Of a DNA stretch of 64,000 bases, positions 1 through 12,990 are shown piece after piece (the stretch's first letter is position 1; every line of letters begins with the position of its first letter). Position numbers and translations under genes: made by a program. This DNA is from Bilabrum cf. latius (Eukaryota): assembly GCA_965178125.1 (NCBI GenBank), contig OZ237743.1, forward strand, positions 310,001-374,000, written 5' to 3'. The notes under the pieces are model-generated. The model made no database searches. It saw nothing but the letters and a program-made list of their open reading frames with translations, and had not been told where the DNA came from.

Positions 1-1468
1 AGCCGGCCACCAGGAGGAGTGGCGGGTGCCAAGAGTCGTTGGAGCGCATCCAAACATCGTGGCAGTGAGGCACTCCTTCTTTGGTAGCTCCATGGCTTTG
101 GTTCCATGGGCAGGCGATTTTCTCATGTTTGGAGCTGTGGCGCGACGCACTACCTGGCTCGTCATGCCATTGTATCCCACCAGTCTGTAGTCCAGTACGA
201 AGAAAGTGCCTTGTTCTGGCCAGCGGGAGGCTGCGCTTTGGTTGCTGCAAGCGCTGCAAGCAACTCAGCACATGTTTCGCCGGGGGGCCGTCCATCGTGA
301 CATCAAGGCAGACAACTTTTTCCTAGCAGGGGATGGTCGTCTGGTGCTGGGCGATTTCGGGGCGGGCTGCCTTCTTTTCTACGGTGGACGAGCAGACGCG
401 TTGGAGCTAGAGTACCAGGAGCACCAGAGAGAGCAGGCGCTGGACCACGCAGCTGCAACGGGGGCAGGATCTGTGGCTTTCGATGAAGCCGGCAGGACAG
501 AGAGTGGCGGTGCCGAGGAAGCGGTGAGTGAAAGTGCATCAGATGGCACTGCAGCAGAGGCGGAAGAACAGGCGTTGCCGGAAGTTTTCGAAGGTGCTGG
601 AGAGGACGCCCTAGAGTTTCCATTCATGGTCTCTGTCACGAATTCTGGCGGCGCGTGGGACTGCCGAGCGCCTGAGCTGGTTGCAATGGGGCAACGGACG
701 CGACCGCTGAAGAAGGATTCGCACGGAAGGCCGCTCCGGACCTTGTCACAAGCCTACGAGATGGCGGATGCATGGGCCGCAGCAAAAACTGTGTGGATGC
801 TCCTTGCCAGCTCAGATTCTGCACAAACCTTTCCTAGCTCAGCGAAGCTGTACCGAAGCGAGGAGCTGCCAGCGCTTCCGAGCGCAGGACGGCAGCTTGA
901 GGCGATCCTTCGCGGGCTCCTGCAATCCAGGCCGAGCAATAGGCTTCGTCCAGAGGACGCAATCAGCGCACTGAAAGCTTTTCTCTACGGTCCAGGCACA
1001 CTGAAAGGCGTGGAGAGAGCCGCAGCGCCGGTTAGTTCCGTTCATACAGGTGTACTTTTGGCGCAACATGCCTCTGTACCGGCGGCCTCGGGTGCGGGTG
1101 CAGACAGCAGCGTCGGTGGTGCGCCAGATACGGCCTGGATGGTAGAGGAGGTTGAAGCACAGCTGCAGCTTTGCGCTGCTTTGGATGGCCCCGCAGGTAC
1201 CCATCGGGACGGTGCATCCAAGAGCATATGGTGGGGACTGGCCGGGCAGGCACGGTTTCTGCGGCTGCCCATAGGTGAGGATGCATACGACGCTTTTGGC
1301 TGGGGTGCGGCTCGGTGTGTCGACGGTGAGTCGAGCCTGTGGGACCGACAGATGAGGCGACAAACCCTGCTCAGAGGAGCGTGTCCCGCAGAGTCAGCAG
1401 CCGCTTTATCCAAGGACTGCAAGCAGCTGCTGGATGTCATCCGCAGGTATGCTCTTGGTGACTCGTGA
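1..1468 (+). CDS. Ser/Thr protein kinase, PINK1-like (5' end outside window; one in-frame TAG at 188-190)
   Basis: Frame from nt 2: HPNIV...WLVMPLYPTSL[TAG]S, HRDIKADN, DFG, GG..RAPE, ADAWA, ELPALP, LLQ..P..R; ends TGA. Confidence 0.8.
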
Positions 1469-1649
1469 GTAACCAAGAGAACAACATGTCTAGTCCACTG
1501 AATAAAGCTTGACCTGAAGAGCGCAGCCTCGACAGGCTTGCGACAAGGCCGGCAAATATTGCATCATTCCATCGGACTCCAGCATGCTATCTGAGAAAGT
1601 TACTGGCATCAATGCTCTATGGCATACAGTTCGGTCATTCGTTGCCGGG

Positions 1650-2620
1650 AACCCATACAGAGTGGTGACCTAGAGTAGCACTGGAGCCAAACGTCCACGC
1701 TCGGCCTACTAGACATTCGTGAGGCAATCCGGGGTCGGTAAACTTGTCCAATGCCGTCATTGCCGGCGGCGGCAGTCGCCACAAAACCGTAGCGCAACAG
1801 AATTTCGAATCGACATGCCAAGGACAAGGAGCGACGAGGAAGAGACAGGGGCTGCACCCGTCCCACTGCCACCAGCAGCACCTACACCTGAAGAGGCGCC
1901 TTCGCTGCATCCATCATGCCCTGCAAGTGCCTCGCGAATCCCATGTGCAAGCGCTCTCGCTTCCTGACCCGCCATGCCACCGCCACCCGGCACTGCCTCG
2001 GGCATGGCAAACACAACCACCGCCGATGCCAGTCGCAGCACGTCGTCGCGAGAGGCACCGCGCAGGAGCTCTCCCAGCGGAACCATCTCCAGCAGTCCCG
2101 CGGCCGTGCCATCTGCCACCGACTGCAGCACGCTCGTGTCAGCGTCGATGGCAAGCGACAGGTCCTTGCGCAGAGGCGAGGCCGCCGGGCTCATCGCGAT
2201 CAATCGAGTGTGCTTGGCCTGCTTGATTGCCGCAGCCGTGAAGCCATCGCTCTTCCCCCCAGCATCCACGGCGCTGTCTGCCTGCAGGAGCAGACGGGAG
2301 GACGGCGGCGTGCTTCTCATCGCAGCCGAAGCACCGCTGCCTGCCACCAGCCGGAGAGAAACGTCGCGCAGGACGTGTGTTCCCGCCCCACACAGGTCCA
2401 CAGCCGCCCATCGCATGCTGCTGGTGACCTGATCATCGAGCTCGTCCGACTGCCGCCAATAAGCGGTAGACCCAGCTACCACGGACCACGACTCATGAAG
2501 CGCGCTGCACAGCCAAGTGGCAGCCCAAGCTTGACTCAGTCGGACTTTCGTGAGGCTCCGGATGAGCCAGTTCGTTTGTGTCAGAAACGAACTATTGCAG
2601 CAGGCTGCAGTTCTCGCCAA
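1650..2620 (-). pseudogene. Truncated SAM-gene copy fused to a ~160-bp fragment of the subtilase gene
   Basis: 1810-2620 matches 12179-12989; 1650-1809 matches ~8680-8840; junction at shared CGAA; SAM domain lost, frame ends TGA at 1757. Confidence 0.75.
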
Positions 2621-2621
2621 T

Positions 2622-4218
2622 ATGGTGTACTATATGATACAAGAATAGCGCATACCTGATGCCTATCGCAGCCCGTACAGAAGCATCACCTCAATGGTGA
2701 GGAGCCAAGCAAGTCGAATAGCATCGCGTCTCATACGCGGAGTAATAGCAAGTCTTGTACATGATAGTATTATGTCAGCATGTATACTTACTCAAGTCTC
2801 TGCAGGTTTCATCTGACGGCATGCACGAGAGCTACAAGGTAGGCAGGAACGATTTTGCTCCCGAATGCACGTCGTTTTGGCATTTCCTGTGGGCGATCAG
2901 GCAGGGGTACTCCAGCGCCACAATGCCTTCCGGGTCGGGCATGGCAGGCTTGAAGCAGCTGCTGGCGCAGCTGCCTTCGGATGGCATCCGGTTGAAGTCG
3001 CTGCGGCTGGTTGACGAGACGATCGATGTTTCGGTCGCCAGGTTGCTTTGCGAGATGGTATGTTTGGACGTGGAGGGTCATAGCTTGTCTTGCTTGCATC
3101 TGAAGGACTGCATGTGGAAGCCAGGCGCCATGGCAGCACTGGCTCCGTCGATGCTGCACTCGGGGAGGTCGAATCGTCTGGAAGCACTCCTCTTGCAGAG
3201 CACTTCTGGCAAGCAATCGGTGAAAGGAGCCCATCAGGATCTGTTCGAGTCGCTCGGATAGGTGCTAGGAGACTCGCGGTGCAGTCTGTACGCGTTGAGT
3301 CTGGTGGGCATGCTCGGGTGGGACTCTTGTTCTGGAACCACTCAAGGGCCAGCCTATGTTGGCCTGTATCGGCAGAATGCCCCGATAGCGAAAGGCATGC
3401 TGAGCAACAGAAGCATTCGGTATTTGTCAACTGGGGACTGCGTGGTGAACATAGAGCAGCTGGTCGCGTGGGCCGATGCTCTGGCCAAGCATCGCTGGTT
3501 GCGGCAGCTGCTGATTTCCTTCCGGCCACACTCGCCCCAAGAATTTGTCACCTTCGGGGGTCCTGTAGCTAGGATTGTGCGTGAGAGCGTGAGCATCAGG
3601 CACCTGATGCTATTTTACAGTGTTGAGAGGTATCGGCGGACTGAAACGCCACCATTGGACCTATTGCGGGCTGCAGTGAGGCAGAACAGAGCGCTGCTGT
3701 CGATGTCGATTGGATGGAACGGCAGTGAGTATCACCGAAGACTTCAGTAGTTCAATCGTCAGCATAACATGAATTTGGAGGCGGTGACGGCCAATCCGCG
3801 GATGGTGTTCTACGACTGGTGCACGTTAGTCACTACCTACAAGAATGAGTATGTAGAGCCTGTGATGTTGCCAAGGCTCCAGGAGTACCAGTCCAGGCAG
3901 TCCAGGCTGTGGGCCTTGGTGCAGCATAGGACCGCTGCGCAGGCTCACCGGGATGCAAGGCTAGTGTGGCGAGCTGCAGCAGGGGGCAGGCCTCTAGAGC
4001 TCGCGAAGCGACTGAGGCTGGGGGTGATGGCAGGTGGGGCGGAACGGCAAGTGCTTGTGTCAGGCAGATTATTAAACGCGGCGCAAGCAGCCGAGGCAGG
4101 TGGGCATAGGGAATGCGCTCTGCTGGTGCGCCGGTCAGTAGCGCGGGAGCTGAACCGACGGGCAGTGTATTTTGGCAAGTTGGGATGCGTGCCAGGGTGT
4201 TCCTGCCTGGTGCTGTGA
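2622..4218 (+). CDS. LRR (RNI-like) + ankyrin-like protein type B1, copy 1; join(2622..2696,2806..4218), ~495 aa with TAG=Gln
   Basis: GTGAG...TGCAG phase-0 intron; LxxLxL repeats (LKSLRL, LSCLHL, LEALLL, IRYLST, LRQLLI, IRHLML); C-terminal AAQAAEAGGHRECALLV; ends TGA; further upstream exons possible. Confidence 0.7.
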
Positions 4219-5135
4219 GGCTGACCCGAATCATTTTAGATCCACGCAGCTTGACTACGGCCCAGCACACCTACATTTGCTTTAGTCGTCAGATCTCGGG
4301 TCGAGGCAGACTAGAAGCTGCTGCGGTTGCTGTTTGGTAAGAGTGTAGTCAAGCGGGCCATCGCACTCGGGAGAGAATGCAAGCTGGCCATGCCAATTAC
4401 TGACCGTGACGAGGCGGGCTTGAAGCTGGTTAATCCCCAGCTGCGGACCAAGCTGACGACAGGGGGGCATAGGACCTCAAAAAAGAGAGGAGCCATACAT
4501 GTTCGACGCCCAGGTGTGGCAATGTAGGGCACGGAATCGTTTGTGACAGCGGCTACAGTTCCAGACGGTGTCCACCACCCGACGATCGGAGCGAAGTAGA
4601 GGTTCTGGATCAGAAGGGAGCTGGCGATGAAGTGGACACATGGATGGATAGTTGGTACAAGCACGTCGGCCGATCATTGCATGCAGTCCTTCCGGGTATC
4701 GCCGTGGAGAGGAGCAAAGGAGGACAGTGGGGACACAGACGTTCTGCTTGGCTAGCGCATCAGTGCCTGAAGAAGTCATTGGACGAGCAGAGGCCAAAGA
4801 CATCGGGACATAGTTGAGGAAGAAGAAGGAGAGGAATATGGTTTGAGATACAATGCTAAAAGCAGAATGAAGTACGAGCTGCGACCTGCCACCGCGTCGG
4901 CCATTTCAGCCTCTGTTTGTCGGCGATCAGTATGTGCGACACAGGTGCAAGCGTCGACGGCATAGTACGCCGGCGGGGTCCAGCTCATGGGAATCTGAAT
5001 GCGACTTCGCTACAGCTTTTGACCTGTCATGGCCTAGCCCCCCACCCTGCATTGCTGGCAAATTGATTCTCCTTCTCAGATCTAGCTCTTTCAGAAATAT
5101 CTTTACAATTTTAGCGGTCTGCAGGCTTTGGCAGC

Positions 5136-6747
5136 ATGGTGGATTGCATTATACAGGAATGGCTACCACTCGATACCTATCGGAGCCCGTACAGAAGCAT
5201 CACCTCGATCGTGAGACGCCAGTTTCCGCCTCAAGTCGAACACGAACACTTTGCGAGAGAAGGAGCCCGCTGCACCGCATGCTTGCATGGGTTCCATTTC
5301 TTGATCTATAAGACAGTTGCCATTGCAATTTCTGCAGGTTTCATCTGACGGCATGCACGAGAGCTACAAGGTAGGCAGGAACGATTTTGCTCCCGAATGC
5401 CAATCCCTTCGGCAATTTCTGTGGGCGATCAGGCAGGGGTACTCCAGCGCCACAATGCCTTCCGGATCGGGCCTGGGAGGCTTGAAGCAGCTGCTGACGC
5501 TGCTGCCTTCGGATGGCATCCGGTTGAAGTCGCTGCGGCTGGTTGACGAGACGATCGATGTGCCGACAGCCAGGTTGCTTTGCGAGATGGTATGTTTGGA
5601 CGTGGAGGGTCATGGCTTGTCTTGCTTGCATCTGAAGGACTGCATGTGGAAGCCAGGCGCCATGGCAGCACTGGCTCCGTCGATGCTGCACTCGGGGAGG
5701 TCGAATCGTCTGGAAGCACTCCTCTTGCAGAGCACTGGCAAGCAATCGGTGAAAGGAGCCCATCAGGATCTGTTCGAGTCGCTCGGGTAGGTGCTAGGAG
5801 ACTCGCGGTGCAGCTTGTATGCGCTGAGTCTGGTGGGCATGCTCGGATGGAGTCACCCCTATGGTCCGGTTGAAGGTGTGGACTGGACTTGCATGTATCG
5901 GCGCAATGCCTTGGTGGCCAGGGGCATGCTGAGCAACACAAGCATTCGGTATTTGTCGACTGGGGACTGCGTAGTTGATACAGAGCAGCTGGTCGCGTGG
6001 GCCGATGCTCTGGCCACGAGCTATTCCTTGCGGCAGCTTCTTGTGTCGTTTCATCCTGTGACGAACGAAGCCCGCATTGCGCTCGGTGCACCAGTGGCAA
6101 GGATCGTGCGTGAGAACGTGAGCATCAGGCACCTGATATTGTTGTACGACATGGAGGACAAATGGGCGACGGTGCCGCCTCCGTTGGACCTGCTGCGGGC
6201 AGCAATCAAATAGAACAGAGCGCTGCTATCGGTATCGGTCGGATGTGATGGATGCGAGTTCTACGACAGTAGGAAAGTTTTTTATACAGAGCACGACAAG
6301 AATCTGGATGCCATTGCGATGAATTTCCGGGTCGTGTTTTACGACTGGTGCACGCGATCGATGACATTCAAGAACGAGAATGTCGAGCCTGTGATGTTGC
6401 CGAGACTCCAGGAGTACCAGTCCAGGCAGTCCAGGCTGTGGGCCTTGGTACAGCATAGGACCGCTGCGCAGGCTCACCGGGATGCAAGGCTAGTGTTGCG
6501 AGCTGCAGCGGAGGGCAGGCCCCTAGAGTTGGCGAAACGATTGCGGCTCGGGGTGATGGCAGGTGGCGCGGAACGGCAAGTGCTTGTATCAGGCAGCTTG
6601 CTAGACGCGGGGCAAGCGGCCGAGGCAGGCGGGCATAGGGAATGCGCTGTGCTAGTGCGCCGGTCGGTAGCGCGAGAGGTGAACCGAAGGACCATTCATC
6701 GTGGCCTGACAGAAGGTATGCCGACGTGGTCGTGCCTGATGTCTTAA
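5136..6747 (+). CDS. LRR + ankyrin-like protein type B2, copy 1; join(5136..5210,5338..6747)
   Basis: Paralog of B1 with the same intron position; in-frame TAG at 5788 and 6211; ends TAA. Confidence 0.7.
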
Positions 6748-7052
6748 TGCATTGTCTGAGTCAAGTAAGAATGTGTGTTCGCTAACATTCCCACGTCTTG
6801 AGAGTGGAACAAGTAATCCGGATGTTTTACGATCAGATTCCAAAGAATCCGGGAAAGCATGCGTGCAAAAGCGGCTCTCATGGAGCGGTTTTGCTTGCGG
6901 GGTGTAATTCTTGACCCAACTATCACCAAAGAATACCCCATCCGCTGGTCGAGACCCATAGAACGAGCAAAAGGCCACCGGTTCACAACATACAACCACA
7001 TGGTCTCTGGGTTTCAGTGCCACTGCGTGTTGCCGGGTCAGGCCAAAGCCTG

Positions 7053-10000
7053 TCAGGTGGCCTCCCTTTGCGCTAGCTAAGTGCTCGTTTGCCAAACAAG
7101 CTTGCCAGGCAGGTCTTCATCATCAGGTAAGTACACTCGGATGTACATCGTGTCAGTCACAGGAGACTTCACGAACCATCGGTTCAATCCACGTATGGCC
7201 TTGCAAGACTTGTGCCTGGACATAGGCTCCCCGCGAAGACCAGGCGTATCCTCCAGTGCTGCCCAGTGGGCCTTGAATGAGAAAGACTCAGGAGGATGGC
7301 GGAGATCGACAACGCTCTAACAGGAAGGGATCTGCACATTGAATGAAGAGAAGTGGCCTTTCTATTCTCCCGCCGACATCCACGGACAGTCATCGTACAG
7401 CTCCACAGCAGCCGCGATCTTGGGAGCTTCGGCCGGCTTGTCAGTTGTCGAGAGATAGCAGAGCCAGACGGACACCGTAGCGAATGCTTCAGATCGGAGG
7501 CCTCCTGGATTGCAATACACGTCACCGTTTCGCTGAGGAAATGCTGCTGTCGTGCTATGCTTCTGTTCCCGTGCGCGTGCTGTCGTACGGCCGCCAGCAG
7601 CAGCGCCTCCAGCACCAGTAGGCCAACCAGCAGCACGTTCAGCACCTCCAGCACCAGCACCAGCACCAGCACCAGCACCAGCACCAGCACCAGCACCAGC
7701 ACCAGCACCAGCACCAGCACCAGCACCAGCACCTGCAGACTACTCCATCTGCAAGTCACGAAACATGGCGTAGCTGAGCTCGACCGATACAATCACATCA
7801 CGGGTCTATAAGTTCAGAACTTTCTACGCGTTGCTTCGTGTAGAAGAAGTCGGGAGCCTAGGCAGACGTCCACTGATCCGTTCAGATCTCGCCTCGCGTG
7901 AGTCGACGAGTTCAGTGCGCAACAATGGGCGATATTCCGAACCGAGCAGGCCGCCAGAGCGTCCCCTTGCTGCCATTGGGTGACGGTCTTCAATGGCGGG
8001 CTTCAGGTACATCCGAAATAGCGGTGCATTCTCCGCAGCTACACAAATTCCACCCACAAGCTTCTAGAAGCAGCCGCAATGGCATGTCCTTAACAAGTCG
8101 TGGCAGCCTTGCCGCCCTGTGCTGCTCCCGGTTCGTGGACAGTATGCGCATCGCTTTGGAAGGAGGGATCCGGTCGGAATCGCCCATCCATCCATGGACT
8201 CGATATTGCCAAGAATTATCTTGCGAGTGCGCCCGGTGCACGTTAGCCGGAGTCTATCTGGAGCTGGGGTGTCGTCTTTCTTCATTAAAGGTTTGATTGG
8301 GGCAGCTAGTTTAGCATCGCGAGCGTTCGCCAGCAGAAGGTTGCGAGCGGGACCGCTGCCGGCTCGAACAGTCTGCAGGGCAGAAGCCATGATCGAAAGG
8401 GCCCTAGCAACCCTGGGGGCTGCAAACGATGTACCCTACGTAAAACGTGTCGGCCTGTCAACTGAGCACTCCGTGTCATCCACTGGATCCGGTGTAGCAC
8501 ATCCGCTGCCGCTGCACACTTCTGAAGGCTGAGGCGCCCTGGGCACAGTCGTGCATTTGAGCAACAGATCAGTTATGGACTCGCCGTGTGCGAACATATC
8601 GACGTAGTATCCCCAATCTGAGAAGCCAGACATGGGAATCTCCTCTCCTGCTTCGGTACGCCGGCTCAAGGTCTGCACGGAGCCCACACAGAGTGGTGAC
8701 CTAGAGTAGCACGGGAGCCAAACGTCCACGCTCGGCCTGCTAGACATTCGTGAAGCAATCCGGGGTCGCTTAACTTGTCCAATGCCGCCATTACCGGCGG
8801 CGGCAGTCGCCACAAAACCGTAGCGCAACAGAATCTCGAAGGATCTATCCACTTCTTTCATAGCCAGACCGTGAGACTGCACTTTCTCTCCAATGGAGAT
8901 CTAGACCACCCCGAGCACGGACTCCTCTCTATACGCGGACCCACGAGCGGCCCTGGTGACAGCCTGAATCCTCTGAGCCACCCTTTCGATCATTGCCAAG
9001 CCCCACCCAATGACGGATGCACGCCGCTCGGGTGTCGATAGGCACAGTCTGCTCCAGCACGACCCACTACCAGCAGGTAGCTCCAACTGATGGCCTTCGG
9101 CAGCGTCGGTCTCACCTTCGCTGAATATCGCGATTGGAACCACAATGGACTGAGTACCCCTAGCTGCTTCAGTTGCCACCACAGTGCCGTGGCTGTCGCG
9201 TTTGTCTCTTGGCGTATACGCCTTGTTCTCTCGGCCCGGTGTGTTCCAGAGTAGTCCCTCAACATCTGGCTGCCTCATGGCTGCACCTCGTGCCACTCGA
9301 CTCGTGGACCCTGGTACCACGTGCCCGCCCGCAATCGCGAAGATCTCTTCCTCCAGTCCAGTGAAGTCTCGTTTCTGCTGAAACTCATCATAGGAGTATA
9401 CGACCGCCGTATCCAGCACAAAAATCACCTGATTCAGCGCAAGTAGGCTTGAAGTAATGGGGAATTCGGTGGTTTCCTCACGAACGGCTTCATGTACACG
9501 CCACAGCGGACTCATAAAGGGCTGGCCAGCTGCGCTGTGGGATGGACCTGCTGCAGTACGAGAATCGTGGGCAGGGTCAGCACCACCGGGTACAGTGCCA
9601 CCGACTCTACCGGTAGTACCAGCCGCCACAGACGATCCTATCCCAGCGGTCCGTCCACCCGTCAGTGGACTTACCTATCTATGCACGCCATCAAGCAATG
9701 GAACACTCCCAGCCTTCGATGATGTCGCTGTCTGAATCAGATTGGTCCCTGCCTCGCTGTCTTTGCCTACAACAGGCGTTGAGTTCGGTTCCAGCTGCGT
9801 GCTCCCGAGACCAGAGCCGCTGCTGCACGGCGGCTCTGATGCGGTGCCGTTTGTACTCTCGGTCCCAACGGAGCATGCACAGCCAGAGCACGACTCCTCG
9901 CTGCCGCGCAGACCTGCCAGCTTCACGGGGTGGTCAGGGTAGTGCACGCGCACCAGCCCGCTCTTCACGATGAGTGCCTGCACCGTGGATCCCACACACG

Positions 10001-11108
10001 CTGCCATGCCGATGGACGACGGCTGTGGGATGAAGGCCCCGCTGGACATGCTGGCCTTGCCCAGCTGCTGGATGCCGCGCAGCACCTCTATCACGGCGCC
10101 AAGGCCAGCTACAGCCGGCTTGGGGGACGCGAGCTGGAAGGCGAGCTTGCGCCATGCGGTGTGAGCGAAGCTCCGGGGAGCTCCATGCTGGTCGTTGCGA
10201 TCCGGCCCGGGCGCGTAGCCGTTGATGTTGAGGTGCTGGATGTACTGCAGCCCGCCGTCCTGGGTCTCTGTGCCTCGGGCCAGTCGGTCGAGGTGGGCGG
10301 CGGCAGTAGCGAGGGCGGTCCTCTTGGCCTCTGCTGCCACGAGGCCCCACACCATCTCGGTGTCCGGGTGGCGGCTGCTGCTTGTCGCGAATGCCGAGGA
10401 CTGCAGAGCGGCCTGCACCTGGCACAGGGGCTTGAGGACAGGGGCGGCGTTGCCCGGCAGGCTGGTCATGGCAGCGAGCTTGCGGGCGCATCCAGCCGCG
10501 AAGCTCTGCAGGCCGAGCAGGTGAGCGGATGCACCGCTCGAGGTGGCGGCGCCGTCAGTGTGCTTGATGCCGATGATACCAGGAGCACCCGCGTGCTGCA
10601 GCTCATGCAGCGCTTCGATCAGCCCGCTCGCGGCGTCGTGCATGGCCTTGCCGACCTCTCTCGGGTCCATGTCCGTGACGAAGTCGACGAAGCGCTCCGC
10701 CGACAGCTCCTGTCCTTGATCCATCCAGTACATCATGTGCTTGCATTGATCATGCGCAGGCTGGGAGTCTGGCGCTGGAGGCGGATCGTGCTTGGATTTC
10801 CCCATTGTGAGAGGCTGCTGATTGTGGGTTCGCTCGGCGTTGGGGCCCGCGTCGTCTGCGATGAGAGCGAAGTCGGCGCAAGGATACGATGGATTACTTC
10901 ATATGATCAGCGAGCTAGTGAAGCAAGCCAATAATCTCTCACTGGCGTCTGACGGCATTGCGTCGAGCTTGGGATCAATAACCGACGGAGACTTCTTGAG
11001 CTCGGTTGTCCGAGTCCTGCGGCGCACTCGGTGGGCTCTTGATGGCAAGTCACCCAGAGCTAATGGCAACAGCACTGTGAGCAGACAAAGCGATGCCAGC
11101 GTGCGCAT
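7053..11108 (-). CDS. Secreted subtilisin-like S8 protease, copy 1; complement(join(7053..10855,10943..11108)), ~1322 aa with TAG=Gln
   Basis: Signal-like MRTLASLCLLTVLLPLALG; 87-nt GTGAG..GCAG intron; catalytic motifs FVLDTA, SHGTVVA, AAAGN, FSDWG..VDMFAHG, GTSFAAP in one frame separated only by TAG; ends TGA. Confidence 0.85.
7648..7731. repeat. (CCAGCA)14 coding microsatellite = (Gly-Ala)n linker of the protease; also 18009-18092
   Basis: Direct reading. Confidence 0.95.
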
Positions 11109-11681
11109 GGTAGCTGGAAATGAGTGGTTCTACCGGTCGCAAGCGTGATGCGTAGCGACCAACTCGGAATATTGCACCTTGATCGGAATGGCGTTCATGC
11201 CGCCATGAACATGGGATGATAAGCTTTTGGTTGTAATCATGGTCTATGCACATTTTGCAGAAGTGCACGCATGGAGCCGAGGCATGCATGAGACCTGGGT
11301 GGAGGTGAATTTCAGATACAAACGCAAAGATGCGATATATTGGGGAACGCTTGGGCTGCATGTCCTTCTTCATGGTACATTGGCAATCTGTGTTTGTTCT
11401 ATATGTGCTGCTTCGAGTGTCGGTAAGAGCGAGCAGGCGCTATCACTGATTGCTAGAAGTCTGACCGGGACCTAAGCTACTGGCAGGAGCAAGTGGGCCT
11501 GAAGATCTGCAGCCATGACAAGTGTTGGGGGATTGAATTGTATTAAGCTAATGTGACCGATTGTATCGCGGTCCTAAAGCCAGTTGTACTCGTGTCCACT
11601 CTATTGATACCCTCACGAGAACTTGAGCTGCTGCTTGCAGGATACATAATGCCAGCTGCGCACCTGGTATGAGCGAACGCA

Positions 11682-12989
11682 TCAAGCCGCCATCCTTGCA
11701 CACGCAAGCCGGACCGCAGCACGGTCCCCCACCCGCTTCAGTCCAAGAGCCTCCGCCAGCTCGCCATCCGTCGTGGCAGCCAGCTCCCACACAGACCTCA
11801 CATGCTGCTGCCGACACCGTGATGCGGCATCCGCAAGCCCAAGCGCCTCCAGGAGATCGCAGGCAGACCCAGAGGGCATGCCAGCAGCAGCCCCAGCAGG
11901 CGCATGCTCATGCTCCTACCCGTCGCCCTTGCCCTTGCCCTTGCCCTTGCCCTTGCCCTTGCCCTTGCCCTTGCCCTTGCCCTTGCCCTTGCCTACATGC
12001 TGGCTCTCGCCCGGCCCCTTGTCTCGATCCTCCGCGCTTTCCCCTCCAGCCAACCCTGACCCCTACAGCCTGTCCGGCTTGCACAGAGACTCGACGGTCT
12101 TGCTTACCAGCGATAGGCCCGATAATGACTCGCAGGCAGCGTGGCGGGAATCCAGGAGCCACCACTGCAGCTGCCGAATCGACATGCCAAGGACAAGGGG
12201 CGACGAGGAAGAGACAGGGGTCGCACCCGTCCCACTGCCACCACCAGCACCTACACCTGAGGAGGCGCCTTCGCTGCATCCATCATGCCCTGCAAGTGCC
12301 TCGCGAATCCCATGTGCAAGCGCTCTCGCTTCCTGACCCGCCATGCCACCGCCACCAGGCACTGCCTCGGGCATGGCAAACACAACCACCGCCGATGCCA
12401 GTCGCAGCACATCGTTGCGAGAGGCGCCGCGCAGGAGCTCTCCCAGCGGAACCATCTCCAGCAGTCCCGCGGCCGTGCCATCTGCCACCGACTGCAGCAC
12501 GCTCGTGTCAGCGTCGATGGCAAGCGACAGGTCCTTGCGCAGAGGCGAGGCCGCCGGACTCATCGCGATCAATCGAGTGCGCTTGGCCTGCTTGATTGCC
12601 GCGGCCGTCAAGCCATCACTGTTCCTCCCATCATCCACGGCACTGTCTGCCTGCAGGAGCAGACGGGAGGACGGCGGCGTGCTTCCCATCGCAGCCGAGG
12701 CACCGCTGCCTGCCACCAGCCGGAGAGAAACGTCGCGTAGGACGTGTGTTCCCACCCCACACAGGTCCACAGCCGCCCATCGCATGCTGCTGGTGACCTG
12801 ATCATTGAGCTCTTGCGACTGTTGCCAGTGAGCGGTAGACTCAGCTACCACGAACCATGACTCATGAAGCGCGCTGTACAGCCAAGTGGCAGCCCAAGCT
12901 TGATGAGCGGGCACATGCGTGAGGCTCCGGATGAGCCACTTCGTTTGTGTCAGAAACGAACTATTGCAGCAGGCTGCAGTTCTCGCCAA
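11682..12989 (-). CDS. Protein with (Gly-Lys)n tract and C-terminal SAM domain, copy 1 (start uncertain; first ATG in this interval at 12785)
   Basis: ORFs 12063..12989 and 11682..11879 are one frame across TAGs; LLEALGL...ELAATTDGELAEALGLKRVGDRAAV fits the SAM pattern; ends TGA. Confidence 0.65.
11925..11990. repeat. (GCCCTT)11 coding microsatellite; 9 units at 22286-22339, 12 imperfect units at 34702-34773
   Basis: Direct reading; encodes (GK)n on the minus strand. Confidence 0.95.
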
Positions 12990-12990
12990 T

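Noticed and set aside
4219-5135. Possible small gene between B1 and B2
   Set aside because: No recognisable domain or consistent long frame even with TAG readthrough
7184-7811. Poly-LV, poly-ST and poly-PA ORFs (and PC/PL/GQ ORFs near 11669-12595)
   Set aside because: Alternative frames of hexamer microsatellites; the frames continuous with real genes give (GA)n and (GK)n
9930-10934. Long plus-strand ORFs opposite the protease (also 20291, 32572)
   Set aside because: Antisense shadows of GC-rich coding sequence
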